64,000 nucleotides of DNA, from the NCBI GenBank assembly GCA_965233165.1, contig CBDDRX010000093.1, forward strand, positions 21,528 through 85,527. Direction: 5' to 3'. Below are positions 27,301 to 35,019 of this stretch, piece by piece. This DNA comes from an uncultured bacterium. GTDB lineage: Bacteria; Pseudomonadota; Gammaproteobacteria; Burkholderiales; SG8-39. The notes under the pieces were generated by a model. That model was given only the letters and a program-made list of their open reading frames with translations. It ran no database searches and was not told the origin of the DNA. The translations under genes were made by a program, and so were the position numbers. Within the stretch, counting starts at the first letter, position 1. Each line of letters starts with the position of its first letter.

Positions 27301-27624
27301 CTTGCGCGCGACCTCCCATTCGATGTCGAGCTGCCGGCCCGAGGACAGGATCGGCACCGCGATCTGCGACAGCGCGAGGTAGCTCTCCGGGCTCGGGTAG
27401 ACGACCTCGCCGGGCTGGCCGATCAGCTCCTCGGGACCCCAGCCGAACATCTCCGCCATGCGCGGATTGCAGAGGAAGAAGCGCCGGTCGCGCGTGAACG
27501 CGATGCCGATCGACAGGTTGCCGAGCAGCGCCTCGTACTCGAGCTGCGTATAGCGCGTGCGCCCGGCGTAGCTCGCCGGCGGCTGCTCGAGCTGCAGCCC
27601 GCGCGCCGGCTTCGGGTCGTTCAT
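24355..27624 (-). CDS. multi-PAS diguanylate cyclase/phosphodiesterase (5x PAS - GGDEF - EAL)
   Basis: 1089 aa. Five PAS units (LCNPRMAEMFGW, RCNRRYEEMYGY, RCNRRYEEMFGY, RCNRRFEEIFGY, RCNRYLEEMVRC). Intact GGDEF (RTGGDEFVV) and EAL (HEALVRW, DDFGTGYS) motifs. Confidence 0.95.
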   Translation of the reverse strand: MNDPKPARGLQLEQPPASYAGRTRYTQLEYEALLGNLSIGIAFTRDRRFFLCNPRMAEMFGWGPEELIGQPGEVVYPSPESYLALSQIAVPILSSGRQLDIEWEVARKDGSTFLARMIAKAIDPADTPQGTVWIVEDITDRKRHANEIQRLLREQQAILGTASIGIVFVKDRAIVRCNRRYEEMYGYAPGELDGQPTSLLYASDDDYAKAQFAYAHLARGQTARRVELRRRKDGSTFWNRADGRAVDPEEPHKGSVWIVEDVTEQRRAEDELQRVLAEQQALLNNVVVGIKYTRDRKTVRCNRRYEEMFGYGPGAAVGSPSRDIYFTDEEYDRARREYAEIVLGRTGTREQWLRRQDGSGFWCRISGRAVQPGDPSKGYVWLLEDVTERKRADEALERAVREQEAVLQNALIGIAFLKDRQVVRCNRRFEEIFGYDKGELLGGTTRFMFAGEQEYLEGGEVYDPIWNGETTRLERQYVRRDGTAIWCSVSGRAVRPGDPAQGSVWLFEDITQERAAEERVRRALAEEELILDNATVGIAFIRNRVVQRCNRYLEEMVRCGPGDLVGQSTAVLFASDAAWKEAGRIAYARTAPGGAHDSEERFKRSDGSTFLCRTRGRRIDAGDTVEQEWIWSFEDVTAEREALDMLERAVAERTAELKKAEERARHLADHDALTGLPNRRLLEDRLGQALALSYRNRKQTAVMFVDLDRFKTINDSLGHSVGDVILKEVAARLVKQLRVVDTICRTGGDEFVVVLPEIKRSADAANVAQKIIENLSQPIRVEERELTVTPSIGIAVFPEDGRDAEALIRNADAAMYHAKEQGRSNYQFFTEQMNLSASRRLVLENDLRRAVTRGELRVHFQPIVEAGSGKIVAHEALVRWQHPERGLVGPAELIQIAQHTGLILKIGEWMLKEACRWATFIGVERGLPVAVNLSPRQFNDPRLVSLVAKALKTSGLPAHLLELEITESTAMQHTDATMSTLKKLKELGVSIAIDDFGTGYSRFSYLKLFPVNTLKIDRSFISEVEQNGDHRAIVAAIIALAQVLGLKVVAEGVETEGQRQFLRGFGCEHVQGYLTGRPVDADTAAKDFL
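25900..27560 (-). repeat. intragenic tandem PAS-module repeats (about 370-375 nt period)
   Basis: The near-identical DNA core GCGCCGGTTGCAGCGCACG recurs at about 26341, 26714 and 27085, with degenerate copies near 25965 and 27460. GTCCTCGACGATCCATACCG recurs at about 26845 and 27215. Confidence 0.8.
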
Positions 27625-27627
27625 GGC

Positions 27628-28473
27628 CTACGGCGCGCGCTTGTCGGCGAGCGCGGCGAAGTCGGCGGCGTAGCCGCGAAGACGCGCCACCGCGCGCGTG
27701 CGCTGCTCGGGCGTGAGCGTGCGGTCGAGGTCGAGCAGCAGCGCCTGGAACTCGCGGCGGAACTCTTCGCTCGCCGCCGCATAGGCCGGATCGCGCCCGT
27801 CCTGCCAGCCGGCCGCGAAAGCGGGCAGCCGCTCGCGCGCCTGGCCGTTGCGGACGATCTCGAGGAAGCCCGCCTGCAGGCGGCGCCGGTCGCGCCCGCG
27901 CATCTCGTCGATGGCCGGCACCCGCTCCGCGTACTGCTGCACCCTCGCCCGCTGCGCTTCAGACAGCCTCCCCACCCAGTCCTCGAGACGCTCGACGGTG
28001 CGCTTGACGCGCCGCTTGCGCCGGTCTTCCTCACTGCCGCGAAGATAGTCCTTCGCGAACCTGCGGTTGTCCTCGGCGAAGCCGCGCTCGAGGTGGCCCA
28101 GCTGCTCCCCGCCCACCCTGTCGAGCAGCGGCGCGAGGCGCTCGGCCGCGCCGCGCAAGCTGTCCTCGCCCTGCGCGACGAGGGAATCGTACCCCCAAAC
28201 AAGGTCTTCTTGGGAGAGCCCGTCGGTCAGGCGGTGCGCCGCTTCCTCGGCGAGCTGCGCGTAGCGCGGCAGCGCTACCGCGCGATGCCATTCAAGGAAC
28301 GCGTCGATGCGCCCGTCCAGCTCTTCCGAATCGGCGCCGGACAGGTGCAGGTAGTTGTCGGCTTTCCAGCGCGCGAACGCGTCGGCGTTGTCGTAGACGA
28401 TGCGCAGGGCGCCGGAGCAGCCGGCGAGCAGGAGCACCGCCGCGAGCGCCGCGAGGACGCGCCGCGCGCTCAC
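27628..28473 (-). CDS. lipoprotein (DUF6279-like)
   Basis: Track ORF trimmed to GTG 28473, which overlaps the fpr stop as GTGA. Lipobox LLLAGC. 281 aa with the pattern WHR...LPRY that I associate with DUF6279 lipoproteins (from memory, unverified). Confidence 0.7.
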   Translation of the reverse strand: MSARRVLAALAAVLLLAGCSGALRIVYDNADAFARWKADNYLHLSGADSEELDGRIDAFLEWHRAVALPRYAQLAEEAAHRLTDGLSQEDLVWGYDSLVAQGEDSLRGAAERLAPLLDRVGGEQLGHLERGFAEDNRRFAKDYLRGSEEDRRKRRVKRTVERLEDWVGRLSEAQRARVQQYAERVPAIDEMRGRDRRRLQAGFLEIVRNGQARERLPAFAAGWQDGRDPAYAAASEEFRREFQALLLDLDRTLTPEQRTRAVARLRGYAADFAALADKRAP

Positions 28474-29195
28474 CAGAAGCTCTCTACGGTGACATGGCCG
28501 GGGGCGCGGCGCCGGTGCTTGCGCAGGCCGCGCTCCTGCAGGGCGGCCTGCGCGTCGCGCAGCATGTCCGGGTTGCCGCACAGCATGACATGCGAGGTCT
28601 CCGGCGAAAGCACCTGCCCTGCGGCTGCTTCCAGCCGGCCGTCCCGGATCGCCGCCGGTATGCGGCCGGACAGGGCGCCGGGCGCCTGCTCGCGGCTGAC
28701 GAACGGCACGTACTTCACGCGGAGAGTCGCGGCGATCAGGTCCCGGTAGACCAGCTCGCGCGCATGGCGCACGGCGTGGACCAGGACCACGTTCTCGAAG
28801 CGCTTCCACGGCGTCTCGGTGCGCAGCATGGAGAGAAACGGTGCAATTCCGGTGCCCGTCGAGACGAGCCAGAGGGTCTTCGCGTCGGGAACTTCCGAGA
28901 GGACGAGGAAGCCGGCCGGGTTCGTGGCGACGTACAGCGTGTCGCCGGCCTGCAGCCGCGCGAGGCGCGGGGAGAGCGGTCCCTCGGGCACGACGATGCC
29001 GTAGAACTCGTGCACCGGCTCGCCCGGCGGGTTGACGAACGAGAACGGCCGGGCGATCCGCTGGGCCTCGATGTCGAGCGCGATGCGCACGAACTGCCCC
29101 GCCTCGAAGGAAAGCGGCGCGCCTTCCACCTTCAGCGAGAACAGCGCATCGGTCCAGTGCCGGTTCTCGACGACGCGCCCCGCGAGCCAGCTCAT
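28470..29195 (-). CDS. fpr: ferredoxin-NADP+ reductase
   Basis: Track ORF trimmed to ATG 29195. 241 aa with the FAD site RPFSF, the NADP site LVSTGTGIAPF, and CGNPDM with a terminal aromatic (ESFW). Confidence 0.9.
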   Translation of the reverse strand: MSWLAGRVVENRHWTDALFSLKVEGAPLSFEAGQFVRIALDIEAQRIARPFSFVNPPGEPVHEFYGIVVPEGPLSPRLARLQAGDTLYVATNPAGFLVLSEVPDAKTLWLVSTGTGIAPFLSMLRTETPWKRFENVVLVHAVRHARELVYRDLIAATLRVKYVPFVSREQAPGALSGRIPAAIRDGRLEAAAGQVLSPETSHVMLCGNPDMLRDAQAALQERGLRKHRRRAPGHVTVESFW

Positions 29196-29500
29196 TGGAC
29201 CGGATACGGCTCGAGCTGCACGTCCTGGAGCTGCGCGCCGAGCATGACGATCGCGCCCTGGCGCCGGTTGTTGCCCGTATCGGAGAACTCGACCGTATAG
29301 GTGCGCGCGATGCGCAGGCCGCCGTCCTCGTTGCGCGCCAGGCGCAATTGCGCGAAGGCGACCGTTTCGTCGAGGAACTGCACCGCATAGCGCTCGCACG
29401 CGGAGCGGCCCGCCTCCAGCGCGCGCTCGCGCGCGCGCAGGCTGTCGATCCAGAAGAACATCCCTGCCGCGATCAGGGCGATCGCCATCGCTTCCCACAT
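29192..29500 (-). CDS. DUF3301 domain-containing membrane protein
   Basis: 102 aa with an N-terminal TM helix then a soluble domain ending in PYP. Matches my recollection of DUF3301. ATGA overlap with fpr. Confidence 0.65.
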   Translation of the reverse strand: MWEAMAIALIAAGMFFWIDSLRARERALEAGRSACERYAVQFLDETVAFAQLRLARNEDGGLRIARTYTVEFSDTGNNRRQGAIVMLGAQLQDVQLEPYPVQ

Positions 29501-29509
29501 GGGGCAGCG

Positions 29510-29515
29510 ATTCTA
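29510..29515 (-). promoter_or_regulatory. -10-like TAGAAT (minus strand) 9 nt upstream of the DUF3301 ATG
   Basis: The minus strand reads CAGTAGAATCGCTGCCCCATG. The TAG is the AKR stop codon, and there is no SD before ATG 29500. Confidence 0.3.
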
Positions 29516-30553
29516 CTGTGCGGCCGGGCTCGGGAGCTCCGCGTTGACCGCCTCGATGTCCGCCAGGGCTTCCTTGCTCAAGGAAACGGAAAGATGCCCC
29601 TGCAATTCCTCGAGCTGGGCGACCGAAGTGGCGCCGATGATCGTGGAAGCGACGAAGAAGCGGCTGCGCACGAACGCGAGCGCGAGGGACGCCAGCGACA
29701 TCCCGTGCCGGTCCGCGACGGCGGCGTAGCGCTTCATCGCCTCGACGACGCGCGGCTTCTTGTAGCGCACGCCGAAGTCGGCGAAGCGGCCGAGGCGCGC
29801 GTCCTTCGGAAACACGCCGCTGCGCGACTTGTCGGTGAGAAGGCCCATGGCGAGCGGCGAGTAGGCGAGCAGCGGGATGCCGAGGCGGTGGCTCGCCTCG
29901 GCGAGGTCGCCGTCGAACAGGCGATTGACCAGGCTGTAGCCGTTCTGCACCGAAACCGGCGCCGGGGCGCCGAGCTCCTTCGCGACGCGCGCGAACTCGC
30001 ACAGGCCGTACGCGGTCTCGTTGGACAGGCCGTAGGCGCGGATCTTCCCGGCCTTGAGCGCCTGCGCCATTGCCGTCACCTGCTCGGCGATCGGCACCGC
30101 CTCGCGGTCCTGCGCCGGGTCGAACTGCCAGGCGCCGAACGCGGGCACGTAGCGCTCGGGCCAGTGGATCTGGTAGAGGTCGATCCAGTCGGTCTGCAGG
30201 CGCTTCAGGCTGTCGTCGATCGCCCAGGGGATCGTCTTCGCCGAGACGTGCGTGTCGCCGTTGCGGATCCAGTCGCGCCGGCCCGGGCCGGCGATCTTGG
30301 AGGCAAGCACGAAGTCCTTTCGCCGTCCCTTGTTCCTGCCGATCCAGCTGCCGACGAGGGTCTCGGTGCGGCCCTGCGTCTCCTTGCGCGGCGGGATCGG
30401 ATACATCTCCGCCGTGTCGATGAAGCCGATGCCGTGCGCGAGCGCCCAGTCGAGCTGCGCGTGCGCCTCGGCCTCGCTGTTCTGCTCGCCGAAGGTCATC
30501 GTGCCGAGGCAGACCTCGGTCACCTCCAGCGGCCCGAGCCGGACCTTCTTCAT
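29513..30553 (-). CDS. aldo/keto reductase (Tas-like)
   Basis: Track ORF trimmed to ATG 30553 (MKKVRLGPLEVTEVCLGTMTFG...). 346 aa with AKR motifs IDTAEMY and LYQIHWP. Confidence 0.9.
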   Translation of the reverse strand: MKKVRLGPLEVTEVCLGTMTFGEQNSEAEAHAQLDWALAHGIGFIDTAEMYPIPPRKETQGRTETLVGSWIGRNKGRRKDFVLASKIAGPGRRDWIRNGDTHVSAKTIPWAIDDSLKRLQTDWIDLYQIHWPERYVPAFGAWQFDPAQDREAVPIAEQVTAMAQALKAGKIRAYGLSNETAYGLCEFARVAKELGAPAPVSVQNGYSLVNRLFDGDLAEASHRLGIPLLAYSPLAMGLLTDKSRSGVFPKDARLGRFADFGVRYKKPRVVEAMKRYAAVADRHGMSLASLALAFVRSRFFVASTIIGATSVAQLEELQGHLSVSLSKEALADIEAVNAELPSPAAQ

Positions 30554-32079
30554 GCCGCCGCCTTCACGAGCTCGGCGCCCTTCTCCGCGACCGCGATCAC
30601 CGCGGCGTTGATGTTGCCGGAGGGCACGGCGGGCATCACCGAGGCGTCGATGACGCGCAGGCCGTCGAGGCCCTTCACCTTCAGCTTCGCGTCCACCACC
30701 TTGCCGAGGCTGCAGGTGGAAGTCGGATGGAATACCGTTTCGCCCGACTCGCGGCAGAATGCCAGCCACTCCTCGTCGCTCTGCACCTTCGGGCCGGGGT
30801 AGAACTCGTCGGTCACGAAGTCGCGTAGCGGCGGCGCGCCGGCGATGCGCCGGATCCACTTGAGGCCTTCCACCATCACGCGCCGGTCGTTCTCCGTCGC
30901 GAGGTAGTTGTAGCGGATGGCCGGCGGTGCCGAGGGATCTGCCGAGCGGACGTGCGAAGCGCCGCGCGACTCGGACTGCAACTGCGAGACCGAGCAGGTG
31001 AACCCTGAGTGCGAATGCAGGAATCCGCCGCGCTTCGCGGTCGAGAAGTTGATGAAGTAGATCTGCGCGTCCGGGCGCCTCGACTCCGGCCGCGTGCGAA
31101 TGAAGGCCGCGGCATGCCCCGCGCTGATGGTCAGCGGCCCCTTCTTCCGCAGGTAGTACTGCAGGCCGATCTTCAGCTTGCCATGCCAGCTCGCCATGTC
31201 GTCGTTGAGCGTGCAGCGCTTGCTGCAGCGCCAGAAGGTGCGCGCGTAGAAATGGTCCTGCAGGTGTTCGCCCACGTCGGGCAGGTCGTGAATGACCCGG
31301 ATGCCCTTTTCCTCGAGCAACGATCGCTTCCCGACGCCCGAGATCTCGAGCAATTGCGGCGAGTTGAAGGCACCCCCGGAAAGAATCACCTCGCCCGCTG
31401 CGCTTGCCTTCTGGACCTTTCCCTTGTGAAGAAACTCCACGCCGCTGGCGCGATTTCCGTCAAAGAGGATCCGCGTCGCCAGCGCATTCGTGACCACCCT
31501 CAGATTCGGCCGCTTCTCGGCGGCGCGCAGGTAGGCGACGGCGGTGCTGCGGCGCTTGCCGAGATGCGCGGTGGCGCGGTAATAGCCCGTACCTTCCTGG
31601 GTATGGCCATTGAAGTCCGCCGTGCGCGGGATTCCCAGGGAGGCCGCGGCGTCGACAAATGCGTCGGCGAGCTCGTGGCGCTCGAGGTCCGAGACCTTGA
31701 GCGCGAGCTCCGCCCTCTCGAAGTACGGCCGCAAGCCGGAGAAGTCCCAGCCCGGGATGCCCCAGGCATCGAAGTCCTCCGCCTGGCCGCGGATGTAGAC
31801 CAGGCCGTTGATCGAGGAGGAGCCGCCGAGGACCTTGCCGCGCGGGGTGAAGATGCGCCGGCCGTTGAGGTTCGGCTCCGGCTCCGATTCGTAAGCCCAG
31901 TTGACGTCGGTTCGGGAGAAGAGCTTGCCGTACCCGAGCGGCACGTGGATCCAGCGGTCGGTGTCGCGCGGGCCCGCCTCGAGAAGCAGCACGCTCTTGC
32001 GGCCATTCTCCGTCAGCCGCGCCGCAAGCACGCAGCCGGCCGAGCCCGCGCCGACGACGATGTAATCGTAGGTCGTCAA
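30550..32079 (-). CDS. GMC family oxidoreductase (choline dehydrogenase-like)
   Basis: Track ORF trimmed to TTG 32079, which overlaps the SDR stop as TTGA. The N-terminus is then MTTYDYIVVGAGSAGC. GMC signature GGSSSINGLVYIRG and C-terminal VFHPTSTC...VIDASVMP. Confidence 0.9.
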   Translation of the reverse strand: MTTYDYIVVGAGSAGCVLAARLTENGRKSVLLLEAGPRDTDRWIHVPLGYGKLFSRTDVNWAYESEPEPNLNGRRIFTPRGKVLGGSSSINGLVYIRGQAEDFDAWGIPGWDFSGLRPYFERAELALKVSDLERHELADAFVDAAASLGIPRTADFNGHTQEGTGYYRATAHLGKRRSTAVAYLRAAEKRPNLRVVTNALATRILFDGNRASGVEFLHKGKVQKASAAGEVILSGGAFNSPQLLEISGVGKRSLLEEKGIRVIHDLPDVGEHLQDHFYARTFWRCSKRCTLNDDMASWHGKLKIGLQYYLRKKGPLTISAGHAAAFIRTRPESRRPDAQIYFINFSTAKRGGFLHSHSGFTCSVSQLQSESRGASHVRSADPSAPPAIRYNYLATENDRRVMVEGLKWIRRIAGAPPLRDFVTDEFYPGPKVQSDEEWLAFCRESGETVFHPTSTCSLGKVVDAKLKVKGLDGLRVIDASVMPAVPSGNINAAVIAVAEKGAELVKAAA

Positions 32080-32777
32080 CGCCCGGTGGCCAGGTGGATC
32101 CCCGCGTCGACGAGGATCGTCTCGCCGGTGGTGCTGCGCGCGCCCTCGACCAGGAAGCAGATCGCCTCGGCGACGTCCACGTCCGCGACCGCCCGCTTGA
32201 GCGGCGCGGCGGCGGCGAAGCGCTTCTCGTTCTCGTCGCCCGCCTCCTTGCCGTGCGCGTCCTGCCAGGGCGTGCGCACGAAGCCGGGCAGCACCGCGTT
32301 CACGCGCACCTCGGGCGCGAGCGCGCGGGCGAGCGACTGGGTCATGGTGTTGAGGGCCGCCTTGGAGGCCGCATAGGCGATCGACGAGCCCGTGCCGCGC
32401 AGCGCGGCCACGGAGGAGACGTTCACCACCGCCCCGCCGCTCGCCTTGAGCGCCTGCGCGCAGGCGCGCACCATCTGGAACGGCCCGACCAGGTTGATGC
32501 CGAAGATGCGCGCGTAGTCCTCCGCGGAAAGGCCCTCGAGGTCGGCGTGCTTCACGAACTTGGTCGTGCCGGCGTTGTTGACCAGCGCGTCGATCCGCCC
32601 CCACTTGTCGAGCACCGCCCTGGCGACGCGACGGCAGTCGGCGTCCTTTGCCACGTCGGCCGGGAATTCCACGCCTTTGCGGGCCACGACGGCCACCTGC
32701 CATCCGCGCCCGGACAGCATCCGGACAGTGGCGGCGCCGATGCCCGACGAGCCCCCGGTGACGAGCGCGACCTTCAT
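32076..32777 (-). CDS. SDR family oxidoreductase
   Basis: 233 aa with TGGSSGIG, NNAG and YAASKAA catalytic motifs. Confidence 0.9.
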   Translation of the reverse strand: MKVALVTGGSSGIGAATVRMLSGRGWQVAVVARKGVEFPADVAKDADCRRVARAVLDKWGRIDALVNNAGTTKFVKHADLEGLSAEDYARIFGINLVGPFQMVRACAQALKASGGAVVNVSSVAALRGTGSSIAYAASKAALNTMTQSLARALAPEVRVNAVLPGFVRTPWQDAHGKEAGDENEKRFAAAAPLKRAVADVDVAEAICFLVEGARSTTGETILVDAGIHLATGR

Positions 32778-33812
32778 CTAGACCGTGGCGATCGGCGTGG
32801 CCGGGGAGCCGACCGCCCCCGGAAGGCGCAGCGGCGGCGCGGTCAGGAGGAAGCGGCTGCGCTGGTGCTCGCGCAGCCAGCGCGCGAGCTCGGTGAAATA
32901 CCACATCTCGCCGAGGTGGATGCCGTTCTTGAACAGGCAGTGCTCGTGCAGCGGCATCGAGGCGTGCGGCCTTGGCTTGAAGATCTCGGTCGGGATCAGC
33001 TCGACGGCGTAGTTGTCGGCAAGCAGGCAGGCCAGCCCGGAATCGGTGATCCACTGCAGCAGCTTGTCGTCGCGGCCGTCGAGGCCGCTGCACGTGCCGT
33101 TCACGAGCTTCGGGTCCGGGTTCTTCTTCAGCTCGAGGAGCAGCTCGGCGAAGCTCGTGTGGAGGCAGACCAGGTCGCCCTTCTCGACCGCGACCTTGTC
33201 CTTCTCCAGCACGCGCATCAGGTCGTCATAGCCCACGGCCTTGCGCTCGCGGCCGAAATGGGCATGCAGGTCGATCATCACGCCGCGGCCCTGCACGCCG
33301 TGCTCGGCGAGCTTCTCGATGCCCAGGGCGCGGGCGTTCGTGCCCTCGAACTTGTCCCAGGTCCCGTCCCTCTTCTCGGCGGCCGGCACGAGGTCCTCGC
33401 CCGCGCGGAAGCCGTTGTAGAAGACGATCTCGGCCTTGCCGTCGCCATCCGCGTCGAAGCGCGCGCCGACGTGGGCAAAGGAATCCCACTGCGTGGAGTA
33501 CTGGAGCGTCAGCAGCACCAGGTCGTCCGAGACCACGTCGGTCAATCCCGGGGTGTCGGCGTCGAGCGGGTAGCAGAAGTTCTGCTTGCCGGCGCGCAGC
33601 GTGGCGGCGACGCGCGGCGGGGTGCGGCGCGGGTTGAGGACGTTGCCACCCGGGTAGTCGAGCGGCAGCGAGAGGCAGAACGTGCGGCCCTCCTTCACCT
33701 CGGCGACGCCCTGCAGCACCTTCTCCTTGGTGACCCAGTTCATGCGGCCGCGCTGGTCGTCGGGGCCGAAGTCCCCCCAGTTGGAGCCTTCGGGTCTGTT
33801 CTTCCAGCGCAT
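32778..33812 (-). CDS. cyclase family protein (putative hydrolase, TQWD-type)
   Basis: Track ORF trimmed to ATG 33812. 344 aa. The motif QYSTQWDSFAH aligns to the cyclase-family HxGTHxDxPxH box, with both leading His replaced by Gln. Confidence 0.75.
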   Translation of the reverse strand: MRWKNRPEGSNWGDFGPDDQRGRMNWVTKEKVLQGVAEVKEGRTFCLSLPLDYPGGNVLNPRRTPPRVAATLRAGKQNFCYPLDADTPGLTDVVSDDLVLLTLQYSTQWDSFAHVGARFDADGDGKAEIVFYNGFRAGEDLVPAAEKRDGTWDKFEGTNARALGIEKLAEHGVQGRGVMIDLHAHFGRERKAVGYDDLMRVLEKDKVAVEKGDLVCLHTSFAELLLELKKNPDPKLVNGTCSGLDGRDDKLLQWITDSGLACLLADNYAVELIPTEIFKPRPHASMPLHEHCLFKNGIHLGEMWYFTELARWLREHQRSRFLLTAPPLRLPGAVGSPATPIATV

Positions 33813-34258
33813 CAGTAGTAGTGCCTCCCGATCCATTCGGCGACGAGCACCGGCTTGTCCGCGCCCTCGCATTCGACCACCGTGTTCCAGGTGACCTGCA
33901 CGCCGTTGCCCTCCAGCGGCTCGAGCTTGCCGAGGGTGAAGCGCGCGCGCACCCGCGAGCCGGTCTTGAGCGGCGCGGTGAAGCGCACTCGGTTCAGGCC
34001 GTAGTTGATGCCCATGCGCCGGTCGGAGAACGAGAACGTGCTCTCGGCAAGGTGCGACAGGAGCGACAGCGTCAGGAAGCCGTGCGCGATCGTGCCGCCG
34101 AAGGGCGACGCCTTGGCGCGGGCCGGGTCGACGTGGATCCACTGGAAGTCGTCGATCGCCTTCGCGAAGGTATCGACGCGCTCCTGCGTCACCTGCAGCC
34201 ACGGCGAGACGCCGATCTCCTGCCCTTCGCGGCCCTCGAGCTCCCGCAGGCTTTTCAT
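33812..34258 (-). CDS. MaoC-like (R)-specific enoyl-CoA hydratase / dehydratase
   Basis: 148 aa hot-dog fold with the hydratase motif DFQWIHVDPARA...GGTIAHGF. Confidence 0.9.
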   Translation of the reverse strand: MKSLRELEGREGQEIGVSPWLQVTQERVDTFAKAIDDFQWIHVDPARAKASPFGGTIAHGFLTLSLLSHLAESTFSFSDRRMGINYGLNRVRFTAPLKTGSRVRARFTLGKLEPLEGNGVQVTWNTVVECEGADKPVLVAEWIGRHYY

Positions 34259-34260
34259 GC

Positions 34261-35019
34261 TTAGAAGCGGGAAAAGTCCGGCTTGCGCTTCTCGAGGAAG
34301 GCCGACATCGCCTCCTTGGCCTCCGCGGAGGCGAGGCGCTCGCCGAATACCTTGATCTCCTCGGCAATCGTTTCGCGCACCTGGGCTGCATGGCGCTTCT
34401 TCATGAGGGCTTTGGTGAGGCGAATGGATTCTGGCGGCATCGCCGCCAATGCTTCACAGACCTGGGTGGCGCGCTCGAGAAGTCTCTCGGGGGAAACGAC
34501 ATCCGAGACGATGCCGACTTCCTTGGCCTTCTCGGCGGTGAAGGGCTGGCCGAGGAGGAGCAGCTCGGCCGCGCGCTGGTAGCCGGCGAGCAGCGGCAGG
34601 ATGTACGTGGAGCCGAACTCCGGAACGATGCCGAGCGGGACGAACGGCAGCTGGAAGCGCGCGTTCGCCGCCGCGTAGACGAGATCGCAGTGCAGCAGCA
34701 TCGTCGTGCCGATACCCACCGCCGGGCCGCCGACGGCGGCGACGATCGGCTTGCGCGCCGCCTGCATCGCCTCGAAGAAGCGCTGGCTCGGCGAGCCCTG
34801 GGCGAGCGGCGGGCGCTTGAGGAAGTCGCCCACGTCGTTGCCGGCGCAGAAGCAGTCCGGCGCCCCGTGCAGCAGCACCGCGCGCACCTGCGCATCCGCG
34901 TCGGCCGCGGCCATCGCGTCGGCGAGCCCGGCGTACATCTCGCCCGTCAGGGCGTTCTTCTTGTCGAGGCGCGCGAGCTCGACGAAGCCGATTCGATTCT
35001 CTACTTTGAAATTAATCAA
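34261..35019 (-). CDS. enoyl-CoA hydratase/isomerase family protein
   Basis: In-frame part of track ORF 34261..36633, trimmed to TTG 35019, which overlaps the ligase stop as TTGA. 252 aa with crotonase motifs CAGND and GPAVGIGTT. Confidence 0.85.
   Translation of the reverse strand: MINFKVENRIGFVELARLDKKNALTGEMYAGLADAMAAADADAQVRAVLLHGAPDCFCAGNDVGDFLKRPPLAQGSPSQRFFEAMQAARKPIVAAVGGPAVGIGTTMLLHCDLVYAAANARFQLPFVPLGIVPEFGSTYILPLLAGYQRAAELLLLGQPFTAEKAKEVGIVSDVVSPERLLERATQVCEALAAMPPESIRLTKALMKKRHAAQVRETIAEEIKVFGERLASAEAKEAMSAFLEKRKPDFSRF

Noticed and set aside
24418-28749. 1443-aa stop-free ORF on the plus strand
   Set aside because: It is antisense to the PAS-GGDEF-EAL and lipoprotein genes, has no recognisable domains and is Arg/Ala/Gly/Leu-rich. 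It is the expected artefact of scarce stop codons in high-GC DNA. The minus-strand genes carry clear motifs.
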